Shown here: one piece after another, positions 8,974 to 18,624 of the stretch | Layout: each line of letters begins with the position of its first letter | Position numbering within the stretch: the first letter of the stretch is position 1 | DNA from: an uncultured Gammaproteobacteria bacterium | GTDB taxonomy: Bacteria > Patescibacteriota > Patescibacteriia > UBA9934 > CAZDDW01 | DNA length: 64,000 nucleotides | Direction of reading: 5' to 3' | Assembly (NCBI GenBank): GCA_964504365.1 | Contig: CAZDDW010000005.1 | Span: forward strand, 1,630 to 65,629 | Translations under genes and position numbers: made by a program | The notes under the pieces: model-generated | What the model was told of the DNA's origin: nothing | Database searches by the model: none | The model's input: only the letters and a program-made list of their open reading frames with translations

Positions 8974-10638
8974 ATGTTACACGAACTATTTTTTCAGATT
9001 GGGATAGTTTTAATTGTTGCGGCCGCGGCTTCAATGGTTATCTTCAGACTGCGCCAGCCTTTAATGATCGGCTACATTATTGCCGGTATTTTTGTTGGTT
9101 CAATTGTTTTTGGTTTTGCTAAAAGCACTGAGGCTTTTCAAGCCATGTCTGAGATCGGTGTGGCTTTCTTGTTGTTTACGGTGGGACTGAACTTGAATTG
9201 GCGTCGGGTAAAAGAGGTTGGTTGGATTTCACTTGCATCTGGTGTTGGTCAGGTTCTATTTACCACGATTATGGGTTATGCGATTGGGCTTGCTGTTGGC
9301 CTGGACTCGCTAACTAGTTTTTATCTTGGTCTGGCTTTCTCATTCTCAAGTACGATTATTATTGTTAAGTTGCTGGCAGACAAAGAAGACCTGGATCGGC
9401 TTTACGGAAAAATTGCTGTTGGTTTCTTGATTGTCCAGGACATTATCGCCATGATTGTGTTGCTGGTACTTGGCGCTCTTTCCGGCGGGTACGAGGTCCA
9501 GAATATTATCACCTTGGCTTTTGGAAAGGGAATTCTGGCCATTATCTTGCTTTGGTTGATTGCGACTTATATCGTTCCGCGCCTAGTTGCTTACGCTGCC
9601 CGGTCGCTTGAGCTCCTGTTCTTGTTCTCAATTGGTTGGTGTTTCTTAATCGCTGGTCTGCTTTACGTGCTTGGCTTCGGGGTTGAGGTTGGTGCACTGC
9701 TTGCTGGCGCTTCACTTGCTGGCACGATTTATCACAACGAGATCAATGCTCGAATCCGTCCGCTGCGTGACTTCTTCCTGATTATGTTCTTTATTATTCT
9801 CGGAGCACGGCTTGAGTTTGCTGCCTTAACTGAGATTTGGCTTCCAGTCCTGGCTTTCTCAGCTTTTGTTTTAATCGGCAATCCAATCGTGGTCATGTTG
9901 ATCATGCGTGTGCTCAAGTATCACCCGCGTACCAGCTTTTTAACCGGAAACACGGTTGGACAGATTAGTGAGTTTGGTTTTATTGTTCTGGCAGCCGGGA
10001 TCGCTTTGGGACACATAAGCCCACAAATGAATTCGCTAGCTGTGTTTGTGGCTTTGATTACTATTGCTGGGTCGGCTTATTTGATCAAGTATAACGAGTG
10101 GATATACGATGCTTTGCAACCAGTGTTGCGCTGGCTGGCTCCTACTGATGCAGATGTTCATGATAAAGCTGATCACAAAAAAGCAAAGCAAGTGCATACG
10201 ACTTTGATCGGATACGACCGTATGGGCGAAACAATTTTGCCAGAGATTCAAAAAATGAAAAAGTCTTTCCAGGTGATCGACTTAAATCCACAGACAATCG
10301 AAGAATTAGATGAAAAGGATATTGCTGCGGTTTATGGTGATGCTGGTGATAGTCGTTTCTTGTCTGAGATCGGGATTCAAAAAAGCAAGATGATCATTTC
10401 AACTATTGCTGATTTTACAATTAGTATTGATTTGTTGGGTTATCTGCGGCGCCGTAGTTATAAAGGGGTTATTGTTGTTGCCTGCCGTACTCCGCAAGAA
10501 GCACACAAGTTGTATGACAAAGGAGCAACCTTTGTTATTGTCCCAAGTATTTTGGGTGCTGAGCGTTTTGGTGATATCTTGAAGAAGAAAAAGGGAAGCA
10601 AGCAATCATGGTTAAAAGCCATTCCTAAAAAAGCCTAA
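8974..10638 (+). CDS. monovalent cation:proton antiporter (CPA2/Kef-type) with C-terminal TrkA-N/RCK domain
   Basis: 554 aa; ~12 TM N-terminal; C-terminal Rossmann-like segment LIGYDRMGETILPEI...; extended -10 TGcTATAAT immediately upstream (near-leaderless). Confidence 0.7.
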   Translation: MLHELFFQIGIVLIVAAAASMVIFRLRQPLMIGYIIAGIFVGSIVFGFAKSTEAFQAMSEIGVAFLLFTVGLNLNWRRVKEVGWISLASGVGQVLFTTIMGYAIGLAVGLDSLTSFYLGLAFSFSSTIIIVKLLADKEDLDRLYGKIAVGFLIVQDIIAMIVLLVLGALSGGYEVQNIITLAFGKGILAIILLWLIATYIVPRLVAYAARSLELLFLFSIGWCFLIAGLLYVLGFGVEVGALLAGASLAGTIYHNEINARIRPLRDFFLIMFFIILGARLEFAALTEIWLPVLAFSAFVLIGNPIVVMLIMRVLKYHPRTSFLTGNTVGQISEFGFIVLAAGIALGHISPQMNSLAVFVALITIAGSAYLIKYNEWIYDALQPVLRWLAPTDADVHDKADHKKAKQVHTTLIGYDRMGETILPEIQKMKKSFQVIDLNPQTIEELDEKDIAAVYGDAGDSRFLSEIGIQKSKMIISTIADFTISIDLLGYLRRRSYKGVIVVACRTPQEAHKLYDKGATFVIVPSILGAERFGDILKKKKGSKQSWLKAIPKKA

Positions 10639-10639
10639 T

Positions 10640-10897
10640 ATGAATGATGTAAATATTTGCCAATCATGCGGCATGCCAATGAAGGAGGAAGTGGACTACG
10701 GGAAGACTGAGGATGGGAGTCCGAGCTATGAGTACTGTGCTCATTGTTTTCAGGAGGGGAAATTTACTTTTGAATGTGGATCAGTGGAGGAGTTTGCCGA
10801 ACATGTGCTTGAGGCAATGGCTGGATCTGAGGAAGCACCTGAAATGGACAAAGAAGAAATGTTGGTTGTTTTGAAAGGGTTGGGGAGGTGGAAGTAA
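10640..10897 (+). CDS. zinc-ribbon domain small protein
   Basis: 85 aa; CxxC...CxxC (CQSCGM ... CAHCF). Confidence 0.5.
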   Translation: MNDVNICQSCGMPMKEEVDYGKTEDGSPSYEYCAHCFQEGKFTFECGSVEEFAEHVLEAMAGSEEAPEMDKEEMLVVLKGLGRWK

Positions 10898-10898
10898 A

Positions 10899-10970
10899 AA
10901 AGTAGAAAGTAGAAGGTAGATAGTAGAAAGATTCAAAATCTTTCTACTTTTAACTTTCTACTCTCTACTA
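10899..10970. repeat. palindromic array of GTAGAxA heptamers (copy 1)
   Basis: agtagaa agtagaa ggtagat agtagaa ag - loop - inverted copies; related arrays at 38006-38083 and 40392-40478. Confidence 0.8.
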
Positions 10971-10974
10971 AAAA

Positions 10975-12101
10975 CAACAAAAAAACAGGACAAATGTCCT
11001 GTAGAAAGTACTCGAGCCCAGGGGCAGCTAACGACGTCGTCGTTAGCGCCCGCTGGGCTCTTGAGGCTGCAGGCCAAGGGTCGGCCTGCGAGGGTCGGTT
11101 TGTTGTCACCGACAGGTCATGTCAGAGCTGGGACTCCGCGGCATGTGCGTAGCCGCGGTTGTATGTGCCAGGAGCACTAATCGAAGCCGTCGATCCACCA
11201 GTACCACATCGTGATACCTCCTCGAGGATGAACATGCAGTGACCGGCCCGTTACGTGGGCGGCGCGCGTCGTCGGTTCGTGGGCGCGCCGCCGCCGTCGG
11301 GGGTGCCGGTCTTGGTTCTTGCTTCTTCAGAAAAAGAGATCAGGGCATATCGGAGCCCCAGGCCGACAGTGGAGTCGCCTTGACTCCTCTGAGCCCGTTC
11401 ATGCGCAGCTGTCATTGTTGGCTGTCTTTTATCAAAGCCTAGCCAGCTGTTAACGAACGAGCTACCGTCTCTCGTAGAGGATCAGCATTCTGCACTCCTT
11501 GGTGCGGTTATTTGCGCCGTGTCCTCGGTGGCGCTCATACTCCTGAGGGGTTGCTGTGGCAAACATGTGCGCTAGCCACGTCGCGCGCGGGCTCACCCCG
11601 CAACGCATCAATAGCCAAAGTGACTCGGAAATCGACGCATGTCACCTCCGTCCTGCACGTCGGCAGGACCATCTTGCCCCTTGGTCCGGGGCTGACCTCG
11701 ATCCCACCTGCCCCGTTGTCCCGGGATCAGGTGCGTGCCCGGCAACCGTGCCAGGCAGGAGCGGCCGCAGGCGGCGGCGGTGGGGGTAGAAGTTCCAGAA
11801 CTCCCCATCGCCGCACACCTGCGACACACTCGTCGTCCACCGGGTAGGTCACCCGGTTCTCCGGAGCGCAGCGCTCGATCAGCGGGCTCATCTCGCCCGC
11901 CGCGCGTTGCGAACCATTGATCTCACCAGCTGTGTCTCGGCGGTCTTGCCGCCGTCAGCCAGTATCACCGGTGTTTTAGGCGGGTTGATCCCCGCGGTTT
12001 ACCGGTTGTTGTTGTGGCCCCGCTGGCCCAGCTCTTCGCCAGCGGATACCGATCAAAGGAACGCACGATCAGCGCGGATGTGTCGCCACCTCCGGAATCG
12101 T
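10975..12101 (-). ncRNA. GC-rich (~65%) ~1.13-kb transcription unit without convincing ORF: candidate large structured ncRNA (alternative: decayed pseudogene)
   Basis: minus-strand TTGACA-17-TATATT promoter at 12108-12136; minus-strand intrinsic terminator caggacatttgtcctg + U-run at 10971-11001; only short overlapping ORFs in all six frames. Confidence 0.4.
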
Positions 12102-12194
12102 GAAGGTAATATAGCACAAAATAGTGCATATGTCAACCCTCAGTCCTAGAAAAAGGCTTATTTTAGTCAAGAATTAAGACCCTGTGGAAAACTC

Positions 12195-12235
12195 TTGACA
12201 GGCTTAAATTAGCACTCTATAATTAAGAGTGCTAA
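12195..12235 (+). promoter_or_regulatory. hrcA promoter (TTGACA-17-TATAAT) overlapping CIRCE operator TTAGCACTC-N9-GAGTGCTAA
   Basis: cttgacaggcttaaattagcactctataattaagagtgctaa; perfect 9-nt inverted repeat with 9-nt spacer. Confidence 0.9.
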
Positions 12236-12242
12236 AACACCT

Positions 12243-12941
12243 ATGAACTCACGACAAGAAGCTGTTCTCAAAGCAATTGTAGAAAATTATATTAAAACCG
12301 CTGAGCCAGTGGGGTCTAAGTTCCTTGCTGAGCGCTGTGGTTTTTCTGTTTCGCCAGCAACATTGCGTAATGACATGGTTGTGCTTGATCAAGAAGGTTT
12401 TATCCGCGCTCCGCACACTTCAGCTGGTCGTGTACCAACTGAAAGAGGTTACGAGTTTTATTTGGCCAGTATCCGCAACATGCGTCGTCAGAGCTCTAAG
12501 CAACAGTTCACTGACGTGGTTTCTGAAGCCGATACTCAAGAAGGTGCGGTTAAACAAGTAGCCAAGAAGTTGGTTGATCTGTCTGGTGAAATGGCACTGG
12601 TTGCTTTTGATCCAAACTGGAGTTACTACACAGGAATTTCTAATTTGTTCACTAAGCCAGACTTTGCTCGACTTGGTTTGACTCAAGAGTTGTCAGAAAT
12701 GATGGATCGTTTTGATGAGGTGGTTAATTCTTTGTACGAGCATCTTCCAGAAGCACCACAAGTAATGATTGGTGGTGAAAACCCGTTTGGCCGCCGCATG
12801 AGTTCGATCATGGTCAAGTATGCCTTGCCAGATGATACATCGGTTCTGATCGGCTTGGTTGGACCGATTCGTATGGATTACAAAAAGAACATCGCTTTAC
12901 TTGAAGAAGCAATTGATTCGCTAACAGAAATTTATGAGTAA
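12243..12941 (+). CDS. hrcA: heat-inducible transcription repressor HrcA (short form)
   Basis: N-terminal wHTH EPVGSKFLAERCGFSVSPATLRNDM; operon position before grpE-dnaK-dnaJ; CIRCE upstream. Confidence 0.85.
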   Translation: MNSRQEAVLKAIVENYIKTAEPVGSKFLAERCGFSVSPATLRNDMVVLDQEGFIRAPHTSAGRVPTERGYEFYLASIRNMRRQSSKQQFTDVVSEADTQEGAVKQVAKKLVDLSGEMALVAFDPNWSYYTGISNLFTKPDFARLGLTQELSEMMDRFDEVVNSLYEHLPEAPQVMIGGENPFGRRMSSIMVKYALPDDTSVLIGLVGPIRMDYKKNIALLEEAIDSLTEIYE

Positions 12942-13404
12942 GAAACAAGACAACCAGATAACTGAACAACCAGATAACTGTGAACAATGCGAAGCATATC
13001 TCACTGGTTGGAAACGGGCCTTAGCAGATTACGATAATTTGCAAAAGGACTTGGCTCGAGAAAAAGAAAGCACACGTTTGTACCTGATCGAAGAGTTGGC
13101 AGATAAGTTAATCCCAATCACGGATCATTTCACGCAAGCCATGAAGCACGTTCCGGAAGGTGCGGAGGGCTGGCTAGACGGTATCAAGATGATCAAAAAA
13201 CAGATGATGGGTGTACTTGAATCATTTGAGTGTTACCCGATCGATCCGGTACGTAAAAAGTTTGATCCAAACGAGCATGAGGCCCTGGGAACTGAGAAAC
13301 GAAAAGATTCAGACGATGAGATAGTACTAGAGGTGGTCGAGCGCGGCTGGAAGCTTGGCCAAAAAGTAATCCGTCCAGCAAAGGTGATTATTAACAAAAA
13401 ATAA
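12934..13404 (+). CDS. grpE: nucleotide exchange factor GrpE
   Basis: 156 aa; coiled-coil N-term and GrpE C-terminal motif; operon context. Confidence 0.85.
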   Translation: MSKKQDNQITEQPDNCEQCEAYLTGWKRALADYDNLQKDLAREKESTRLYLIEELADKLIPITDHFTQAMKHVPEGAEGWLDGIKMIKKQMMGVLESFECYPIDPVRKKFDPNEHEALGTEKRKDSDDEIVLEVVERGWKLGQKVIRPAKVIINKK

Positions 13405-13538
13405 CCAATGACCAAATTCCAATGACCAAGATAATCACCCAGTGGTCTAATGATCAAAGGTTTCGATCATTCGGTCATTGATCATTACCTCGTTCATTGA
13501 TTATTGATCATTGGTCATTCGTGTAAAAGCAAACATTT

Positions 13539-15458
13539 ATGTCAAAGATATTAGGAATCGATCTTGGTACTACAAACTCTTGTATGGCCGTGATCGAAGG
13601 AGGTCAGCCAAAAGTGCTGGAAAACAAGGAAGGAAATCGAACCACGCCTTCAGCTGTTGCTGTAACCAAGAACGGTGAGCGTTTGGTTGGTCTGCCAGCT
13701 AAGCGTCAGGCAGTAACTAATCCGCAAGATACTTTGTTTTCGATCAAGCGTTTGATCGGCCGACGTTTTAATGATCCTGAAGTTAAACGTGATATCGAAC
13801 TAATGCCTTTCGAGATTGTTCAAGCCGGTGAGGGGGTTAAGGTGAAGATGTCTGATAAAGAGTACACACCGCGCGAAGTTTCTGCGATGTTGCTTCAGAA
13901 GATGAAAGCTGATGCTGAAGAGCGTTTGGGTGAGAAGATTGAAGAAGCTGTGATTACTGTGCCAGCATATTTTGACGACGCGCAGCGACAGGCAACCAAG
14001 GATGCTGGTGAAGTTGCTGGTTTGAAAGTTCGTCGCATTGTTAACGAGCCAACGGCAGCTGCACTTGCCTATGGTTTTGACAAAAAAGCCGGACAGCAAG
14101 TTGTTGTTTACGATCTTGGTGGTGGAACCTTTGATGTTTCTGTTCTCGATGTGACTGAAGATACTGTTGAGGTAAAATCAACTAACGGTGACACACATTT
14201 GGGTGGTGATGATTTTGACCAAGTGATTATTGAATGGATTTTGAATGAGTTTAAGAAAGATCAGGGAATTGATCTGGCCAATGATCCTTTGTCACTGCAG
14301 CGAATTAAAGAAGCAGCTGAGAAAGCTAAGATTGAACTTTCAACCGCACAGCAGACTGAGATCAACCAGCCGTTTATTACATCTGACTCTTCAGGTCCAA
14401 AGCACTTGGTCATGGCCATGACTCGAGCTAAGCTCGACGAACTGGTTGGTGATCTGGTTGAAAAAACTTTAGGTCCTGTTAAGACAGCGTTAGACGACGC
14501 AAAGATGAAGCCGGCAGATATCGAAGAGATCATTATGGTTGGTGGAATGACTCGTATGCCAATGGTTCAGAAGAAGGTTGAGGAGTTCTTCGGTAAGAAA
14601 CCAAACGTGACTGTGAATCCAGACGAGGTTGTTGCTATGGGTGCTGCTGTTCAGGCTGGTGTGTTGCAGGGTGAAGTTAAAGATGTTTTGCTACTTGATG
14701 TGACACCGTTGTCTTTGGGAATCGAAACTTTAGGTGGTGTGATGACGCAGTTGATCGAACGTAATACAACTATTCCTGCTTCAAAGTCACAGATTTTCTC
14801 AACTGCTGCTGATAATCAGAACACGGTTGAGATTCATGTGCAGCAAGGTGAGCGTTCAATGGTGAATGACAATAAGACTTTGGGACGATTTGTTTTGTCT
14901 GGAATTCCACCAGCACCACGTGGTGTGCCGCAGATCGAAGTTAAGTTTGATATCGACGCCAATGGAATCGTAAACGTTTCTGCTACAGACAAGGGAACTG
15001 GTACTTCACAGAATATTACTATTACTGGTTCAACTGGCGTGTCAGATGAAGAGATCGAGAAAATGAAAAAAGAAGCCGAGGCTCATGCCGAGGAAGATGC
15101 TAAGGCCAAGGAACGAATTGAACATCAGAACCTGGCGGATACAATGCTGTATACTACTGAGAAGATGTTGAAAGACGCTGGGGATAAAATTACTGATGAA
15201 GAGCGCAAAGAGGTTGAGGACAAAATGGAAGCTTTGAAAAAAGTTAAAGACTCAGACGATCACGAAGCGATTAAGAAAGCTGCAGATGAGTTGACCGATG
15301 CGGCGCAGAAAGTCGGGGCGAAGTTGTATGAGGGGCAGGCTGCAGAGCAACAGGCCCAGGCAGGTGCCGAGCAACCAGCCAGCGATCAGTCTGCGGCAGA
15401 TCAACCAAAGGAGGACGGCCCAGTCGACGCTGAGTTTGAGGAGAAGAAGGAAGAATAA
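13539..15458 (+). CDS. dnaK: molecular chaperone DnaK (Hsp70)
   Basis: [26 protein letters not shown] signatures; 639 aa. Confidence 0.97.
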   Translation: MSKILGIDLGTTNSCMAVIEGGQPKVLENKEGNRTTPSAVAVTKNGERLVGLPAKRQAVTNPQDTLFSIKRLIGRRFNDPEVKRDIELMPFEIVQAGEGVKVKMSDKEYTPREVSAMLLQKMKADAEERLGEKIEEAVITVPAYFDDAQRQATKDAGEVAGLKVRRIVNEPTAAALAYGFDKKAGQQVVVYDLGGGTFDVSVLDVTEDTVEVKSTNGDTHLGGDDFDQVIIEWILNEFKKDQGIDLANDPLSLQRIKEAAEKAKIELSTAQQTEINQPFITSDSSGPKHLVMAMTRAKLDELVGDLVEKTLGPVKTALDDAKMKPADIEEIIMVGGMTRMPMVQKKVEEFFGKKPNVTVNPDEVVAMGAAVQAGVLQGEVKDVLLLDVTPLSLGIETLGGVMTQLIERNTTIPASKSQIFSTAADNQNTVEIHVQQGERSMVNDNKTLGRFVLSGIPPAPRGVPQIEVKFDIDANGIVNVSATDKGTGTSQNITITGSTGVSDEEIEKMKKEAEAHAEEDAKAKERIEHQNLADTMLYTTEKMLKDAGDKITDEERKEVEDKMEALKKVKDSDDHEAIKKAADELTDAAQKVGAKLYEGQAAEQQAQAGAEQPASDQSAADQPKEDGPVDAEFEEKKEE

Positions 15459-15460
15459 AC

Positions 15461-16519
15461 ATGTCCAAAGATTACTATAAAATTTTAAATGTTGAACGAG
15501 GTGCTTCGCAGGATGAGGTAAAGAAAGCATTTCGCAAACAAGCGCACAAGTATCATCCTGACAAAGAGAATGGGGATGAGGCTAAGTTTAAGGAAGCGAA
15601 CGAGGCTTATCAGGTTCTTGGGGATGAGAAAAAACGTCAGACCTACGATCAGTTTGGATCGGCTGCTTTTGAAAATGGCGGACCTGGTGCTGGTGGTTTC
15701 GGAGGGTTCGGTGGCGCGCAAGGATTCTCAGGCTTTGAAGACCTGGGAGATCTTGGTGATATTTTCGGAGACGTGTTCGGGTTTGGTGGCACGCGGACCA
15801 AGACGCGGACAAAGGCCCGGCGTGGGCAGGATATTCAAGTTGATCTTGAACTAAGCTTTGATGAAGCGGTCTTTGGAACAGATCGCGATATTAAGTTGCA
15901 CAAAACGATTCGCTGTGAGCGTTGTTCTGGTTTAGGGGCAGAGCCAGGCACAAGCATGAATGAGTGTAAGACATGTAGTGGTTCCGGTGTGATTGATCGG
16001 GTGCAGAAAACAATCCTTGGACACGTGCGTACACGTGCGGCTTGTGATAATTGTGGTGGTGATGGAAAGATTCCAGAAAAGAAATGCACAGGTTGTAGTG
16101 GTGTTGGTGTTGAGAAAAAGCAAAAGACGGTTACCGTATCTGTTCCAGCTGGGATCGATAATAATCAAACAATTCGACTTCGTGGTGAAGGAGAGGCCGG
16201 TGTACATAACGGACCAGAAGGTGATTTATATCTTCGTATCTTTGTTAAACCAAGTAAAGATTTTGTACGTGAAGGGAATACAATTAGATCAGACGTTGAA
16301 ATTGGATTCACGCAAGCAGCGCTGGGTGACACAATCGAAGTTAAAACTGTTGATGGTAAGGTTGATCTAAAAATTCCTGCTGGTACACAAGCAGAAACCG
16401 AATTCCGTTTACGTGGAAAGGGGATTAGTGGAAGTGATCACATTGTTACCGCAAAAGTGGTAACGCCGAAGAAGTTATCGCGAAAACAAAAACAAGCGCT
16501 TAGTGATCTTGGTCTTTAA
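15461..16519 (+). CDS. dnaJ: molecular chaperone DnaJ
   Basis: J-domain HPD (KYHPDK), G/F-rich region, four CxxCxGxG zinc-finger repeats. Confidence 0.95.
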   Translation: MSKDYYKILNVERGASQDEVKKAFRKQAHKYHPDKENGDEAKFKEANEAYQVLGDEKKRQTYDQFGSAAFENGGPGAGGFGGFGGAQGFSGFEDLGDLGDIFGDVFGFGGTRTKTRTKARRGQDIQVDLELSFDEAVFGTDRDIKLHKTIRCERCSGLGAEPGTSMNECKTCSGSGVIDRVQKTILGHVRTRAACDNCGGDGKIPEKKCTGCSGVGVEKKQKTVTVSVPAGIDNNQTIRLRGEGEAGVHNGPEGDLYLRIFVKPSKDFVREGNTIRSDVEIGFTQAALGDTIEVKTVDGKVDLKIPAGTQAETEFRLRGKGISGSDHIVTAKVVTPKKLSRKQKQALSDLGL

Positions 16520-16571
16520 GAATGATTTCACGCTTTCATGATTTAATGTTTTCATGATATAATTTATCCAC

Positions 16572-17129
16572 ATGGAGGCAAACTTTGCAGAAATGTGGAA
16601 TAACATGGTGCAGTCATTCAACTGGGCGCAACCAAGTTGGGATATGTTTATTATCCTATTTTTTGTTATTGCCGCGTTGATTTACGGAGTCTCACTTGGG
16701 CGTGATCGGATTATAATTATCATCCTGTCGATTTATGTTGCACTTGCGATCGTGCACTACGCACCGTTTTTGACAGAGTTTACAGCTGTTGTTCAAGTTA
16801 GTGATTCGTTTGCGTTCCAGATCACCACGTTCCTAGGAACATTTATCTTGTTGTTCTTCTTGCTTTCACAAAGCGCGCTGTTGCGAACACTTGGGGAGAA
16901 CGCAGCACAAGGTGCTTGGTGGCAAGTTATCATTTTCTCGATCCTGCAGGCCGGGTTGTTAGCTAGTGTTACTTTGTCATTCCTGCCAGAAGAATCGCTG
17001 AATACCTTCGCAGAATTCACAAAACAATTTTTCATTTCAGACACAGCACGCAGTGTCTGGATTGTTGTACCAATAATTGCCATGGCCTTTATGCCAGGTC
17101 TACGCCACGACGACCACAGACGATATTAG
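16572..17129 (+). CDS. small integral membrane protein, possibly CvpA-family
   Basis: 185 aa, 4-5 TM; three TTTCA(C/T)GAT direct repeats in its promoter region 16520-16560. Confidence 0.35.
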   Translation: MEANFAEMWNNMVQSFNWAQPSWDMFIILFFVIAALIYGVSLGRDRIIIIILSIYVALAIVHYAPFLTEFTAVVQVSDSFAFQITTFLGTFILLFFLLSQSALLRTLGENAAQGAWWQVIIFSILQAGLLASVTLSFLPEESLNTFAEFTKQFFISDTARSVWIVVPIIAMAFMPGLRHDDHRRY

Positions 17130-17194
17130 GTTGACATAAAGGAGTTTTTCAATTAAGCTGATTTCTCAGCTCTTTTTTGTTAGGAGAACAGATC

Positions 17195-17965
17195 ATGCCT
17201 GATCCATATATCAGCATTACTGACTTCACGACCCGAGAACAAGTACTTGAGATGTTGCAGGTACTCATCAGGGCCCAGGGTGCCAGGCAAACACACAAGC
17301 TTGGTGTTGGGGTGATGATGAGTCACAAGACTCTGAATGGGTTGCCAACCAAGTGGGCCGATGTTTTTCCGCACAACGAAGATGTTGCTGGAATTTTCGT
17401 AGATCATCCCTTGGCCTTTGGTACACTCCACTACGCAGACTTCAAAGGGATCGACGTGGCAGCCAACCTGGCTCAGGCAACTGGGTTTGGCGGGCCGAAC
17501 ATGCATGCCTTGCAACTGGACATGATTTGGCCGGATTCGCAGGTGCTGATTGACTACCGGATCAGATATCCGAAAATCAAGATCATCTTGCAGATCAACT
17601 CGCGTTCGCTGGACATGGTTGACAACGACCCGCGCAAGCTCTTGCGCGTTCTACGTGCCTACAACACGACCGTTGATTACGTGCTCTTGGACAAGAGTAT
17701 GGGTCGCGGTCAAGGTATGCAGGCCGAAGTACTCATGCCGTTTGTAGAAGCGATCGTCATGCACCGGTCTGATCTGGAGATCGTGGTGGCTGGCGGGCTT
17801 GGTCCCGATACCATGCACCTGGCCGCACCGCTTGTTGAGCGTTCTCAGCGCCTGAGTTTCTGTGCACAGGGCCAGATGAGGGCCAGTGGCAATGCCTTGG
17901 ATCCGATCGAATGGGACCGGGCAACAGAATATCTGCGCCAGTCAGTGGCGCTGCTCAGGAGGTAA
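17195..17965 (+). CDS. TIM-barrel protein resembling phosphoribosylanthranilate isomerase (TrpF-like), GC-rich islet
   Basis: YVLLDKSMGRGQG...VVAGGLGPDT...LSFCAQGQMRASGNALDP matches the TrpF C-terminal phosphate-binding pattern (VLLD..GG.G / AGGL.PDN / GLD..SGVE..pG.KD); promoter TTGACA-17-TAAGCT at ~17118-17150. Confidence 0.4.
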   Translation: MPDPYISITDFTTREQVLEMLQVLIRAQGARQTHKLGVGVMMSHKTLNGLPTKWADVFPHNEDVAGIFVDHPLAFGTLHYADFKGIDVAANLAQATGFGGPNMHALQLDMIWPDSQVLIDYRIRYPKIKIILQINSRSLDMVDNDPRKLLRVLRAYNTTVDYVLLDKSMGRGQGMQAEVLMPFVEAIVMHRSDLEIVVAGGLGPDTMHLAAPLVERSQRLSFCAQGQMRASGNALDPIEWDRATEYLRQSVALLRR

Positions 17966-17996
17966 ACTCACAGGACCAGCAATGGTCCTTTTTTAA
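17966..17996 (+). terminator. intrinsic terminator
   Basis: caggaccagcaatggtcctttttt. Confidence 0.6.
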
Positions 17997-18132
17997 TTAA
18001 ACACCAAGCACCAAATAATAAATCCCAAACTATAAATGTTTGGAATTTGGATATTGGGATTTGGTGTTTCTCCATGTAACCTCTTGACTAATCCCGTGTA
18101 TACTATAGGGTAGCTAGACTCGAAAGAGTTTT

Positions 18133-18624
18133 ATGGCCAACAAACATAGACAATTCACAAAATTTTATAAGGCGAACATAAACCGAATCTATCGATTCGT
18201 GTTTTTTCGTGTAAATGATCAGGATATTGCAGAAGACCTGACCAGTGAAATTTTCATGAAAGCGCTTAATGCTTTTGATCGCTACGATGTTAAACAGTCT
18301 CGCTCAGCCTGGCTCTATGCAATCGCTCGCAATCATTTAATAAATTATTATCGAGACAAAAAAGAAACTATCGATATCGATAAAATTGAATTTGAGTTGG
18401 TTGGTGAAGACGGTCGAGATACAATGGAAAAGCAGTCAGCAGTTGAAACACTTAAACGAGCGTTGAATAAATTATCAGGTCATGAGCAGAAACTTGTAAC
18501 CATGAAGCACCTTGAGGGGTATACATATGCAGAGATGGCAGATGTTCTTGGAAAATCTGCTGGCTCACTCAAGGTCGCTACACACAGGGCTCTGATCAAG
18601 CTCAAGACCTTAATCGCGCGATAA
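18133..18624 (+). CDS. ECF-type RNA polymerase sigma factor (sigma-70 family region 2 and 4)
   Basis: 163 aa; region 2 DLTSEIFMKAL...SAWLYAIARNHLINYYR; region 4 HTH YAEMADVLGKSAGSLKVATHRA. Confidence 0.85.
   Translation: MANKHRQFTKFYKANINRIYRFVFFRVNDQDIAEDLTSEIFMKALNAFDRYDVKQSRSAWLYAIARNHLINYYRDKKETIDIDKIEFELVGEDGRDTMEKQSAVETLKRALNKLSGHEQKLVTMKHLEGYTYAEMADVLGKSAGSLKVATHRALIKLKTLIAR

Noticed and set aside
10899-10970. Possibility that the GTAGAxA arrays are CRISPR repeats
   Set aside because: Units are 7 bp and contiguous (no spacers), arranged as palindromes. No cas genes are present.
11000-12100. GC-rich block as rRNA, RNase P RNA or tmRNA
   Set aside because: It lacks the universally conserved 16S/23S stretches, RNase P P4 (AGGAAAGUCCGGGCUCC) and tmRNA tRNA-like ends. 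Only weak, non-collinear resemblance (GGUAAACC) was seen.
18078-18112. Sigma70-type promoter for the ECF sigma gene (cttgactaatcccgtgtatact)
   Set aside because: The TTGACT to TATACT spacing is only ~9 nt, so it is not a functional -35/-10 pair. The promoter is left unassigned.
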